In this document: piece after piece, positions 62,133 to 64,000 of the stretch | Layout: every line of letters starts with the position of its first letter | Numbering within the stretch: position 1 is the first letter of the stretch | Source of the DNA: Raillietiella orientalis | Lineage: Eukaryota | Reading direction: 5' to 3' | Assembly (NCBI GenBank): GCA_036172245.1 | Contig: JAYWIR010000010.1 | Span: 1,550,001 to 1,614,000, forward strand | Length of the DNA: 64,000 nucleotides | Notes under the pieces: model-generated | Told to the model about the DNA's origin: nothing | Database searches by the model: none | What the model saw: the letters and a program-made list of their open reading frames with translations, nothing else | Program-made: the position numbers and the translations under genes

Positions 62133-62474
62133 ATGGGATCCCGGAAGACGCCGCCGCTGCTGTGGGGTTCCTGCTCGCTGCTCTTGCCGTCCCTCTTCGC
62201 CTTCCTGTCGGCTGCGAGCCCACGGCGGTGCGGGGACCTGCGGGAGATTCGGTACGAGGAGTTCCTGGGTAGCGGCTGGACCAAGTCCGTCTTCCGGGCG
62301 CGGCTTCCCGGAGGAGACGCCGTCGCCGTCAAGAAGGTCAACGTGCACGGTCACGATGTGACGCGCTGCATCGAGGAGGGCGGATCGCCCGCCGAATGCT
62401 GTCGAGGTGCCTCTGCCAAGATCCTCAAGGAGATCGAGATGCTGCGCATCCTGGACCATCCGAACGTCGTCAAG
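62133..62474 (+). CDS. PKDCC: Extracellular tyrosine kinase PKDCC/VLK-like, first coding exon (gene continues past the window)
   Basis: Signal peptide MGSRKTPPLLWGSCSLLLPSLFAFLSAA, then C..L..FLGSGWTKSVFRARLPGGDAVAVKKVNVHGHDVTRC..C..ASAKILKEIEMLRILDHPNVVK|gtaggg. This matches PKDCC as recalled (GSGYTKAVYR..LPGG..VALK.V..GHD..C..C..KLLKE..L.HPNV). Confidence 0.88.
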
Positions 62475-64000
62475 GTAGGGAGGCCGCGCTGAGCGCGTGG
62501 GAAGAGGGGGGGAGGAGAGGGAGGTTCGCTGCCGCGTTCCGGCGGAGAAAAAGGAGGGATGCTGTGGTTAGGACATACTCGATGGGAAATGGGCCGCTAC
62601 CTCCGCCGCCGTTTTAGAGTGTCCCGCGTGGTGCCGGACTCTTCCGGTGAGGAGAAGGAGAGCCACGCCGTTCCTCCCTGCCTCTCTTCCCGAAGCAGCG
62701 AGATGAGACTTCCAGGAGCCTTGGAAACCGGGCAAGGCCTTCTCCTCCCCTTCGGCAAGGGGACGTCCGAAGGAGAGTTCAGGGATGGGGAAAAAAGCCG
62801 AGGGAACCCCCCTTCCGTGGCCGCTTCTCTACTCCTTTCACAGAAGGGATGGAACCAGAGTGCCCCACAATGGTTCTCTCTCCTAACCGCTTTCCCTCCC
62901 TTCTCTTCCGAGGGGGGTAAACCCTCCGGAAGCGGGAACGAAGAGTGTTCCCGCTGCTCTGGGCGGGTGAGTGGGGAGGAGAGGATCCCTGCTTCAGCTT
63001 CCCAATCTCGCTGCATTGCGGAAAGGAAGGTAAGAGGGAGGATGGAGGGGCCATCCCCGAGATGAATCGATGGCAAGGATGCTCTAGTCTTCCTCCATCC
63101 CAAGCGTCCCGATTCCTTTAAGTCCTCAACCTCGCCGCGGCTGGAGGTGATTAGACCTACGCTAGGAGGGTAGAATTGGAACCGATCAATCCAGAGGGGA
63201 CGGGGGGAGTCTGGCCCTCTCCGCGAGGCGGCAGACTGGGAGGCCGGCAGGGAAGGAGCCAAGCCCGCGGAAGCGTCTCGGAAGGTTTTCGACATGCGGA
63301 GGCGGTGGCCATCTTGGATGAATCTTCTCTCTCTCCTCCCCATTCCTCCTCTTTCCTTTCCGCGGATTCGCCCTCGAGGAATCGGGATATTCTCTGGACC
63401 AGCGTGCGCTACTTCCTCAGACTGCGGAGGTCGGAGCTCCTTTTTCCGATTTTTCCATCCTCCCACTTCCCGGCGTGCGGGAACCCTCTCCTCAGCGGCA
63501 TGGATATGTGGGATTGCAAGGGGGAAGGAAACGGGGTCTTGGTAGCGCCTTTTCCGGCTGGCGGGTCGTCGCCGGCAGGCACTCAGCCTACCTGTTTGTC
63601 GAACGACTGTCCCGGTAGGGTGGAAACGGGACGAGGACTGCTGCTCTCCCTGCGAGGGAGACCTCGAGGCAGCTTCCGGCAGTCAGGAGGAGGAGGAGGA
63701 GGGGAGAGGCAAAAGCCGGAACAAAGAAAGGAGGGAGGCGGAGCTCGGCGCGCGCCTTTACTCCCCGGGGAGGTGGGAGAAACAGGGGAGCGAGCGAGTG
63801 GCGCAACGGGAGGTCGAAGCGATCTCCAGGGATCTCCAGCGTCTGGTCCCGCAGAGGTTCCCGTGACTGCATCCCTTTCTATATCGCGTCTGCCTCGGCC
63901 CAGACGGGACGGACGGGCGTTCCTGTTCCATCGAAAGACCGATTTCCTACTAGAGCGGCGAATGCTTTGCCTTTCTTCCCAGGAAGAAACGTGCCAGACA

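Noticed and set aside
61445..63466. Long ORFs overlapping the PKDCC exon, and the 167-codon in-frame extension upstream of 62133
   Set aside because: Shadow frames of GC-rich sequence; ATG 62133 starts a clean signal peptide, whereas the extension has no family similarity
63971..64000. Acceptor-like ctttcttcccag at the window end as PKDCC exon 2
   Set aside because: The phase-0 translation EETCQT does not match the expected L.G.C continuation and is too short to judge

Overview
Eukaryotic, intron-rich genomic DNA, most likely from an arthropod (inferred from iGluR and cornichon sequence style; species not determinable). Reading splice sites and reading-frame phases by hand gives six genes, most of them fragmented or absent in the ORF track. 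(1) A complete 17-coding-exon kainate-type ionotropic glutamate receptor (+, 3958-35982, 904 aa). (2) Glia maturation factor (+, 43495-44308, 140 aa). (3) Cornichon (-, 45277-44359, 144 aa), tail-to-tail with GMF with only 50 nt between the stop codons. (4) COX20 (+, last two exons 46864-49543; first exon unresolved). (5) ARMT1/DUF89 damage-control phosphatase (-, about 56327-54430). (6) The first coding exon of a PKDCC/VLK-like secreted kinase (+, 62133-62474), which continues beyond the window. GC/CpG-rich blocks (iGluR, PKDCC) flank an AT-rich, CpG-poor housekeeping cluster with many 38-57 nt introns. The introns and intergenic DNA hold decayed LINE-like reverse transcriptase relics, a 224-bp dispersed duplicate and several minisatellites. 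I found no CRISPR array, rRNA, tRNA or intact transposon, and no convincing wholly new system. The best leads are an Arg at the invariant ligand-pocket Tyr of the receptor, the cornichon-iGluR linkage, the GMF/cni 3' overlap and poly(A) hexamers built into stop codons.
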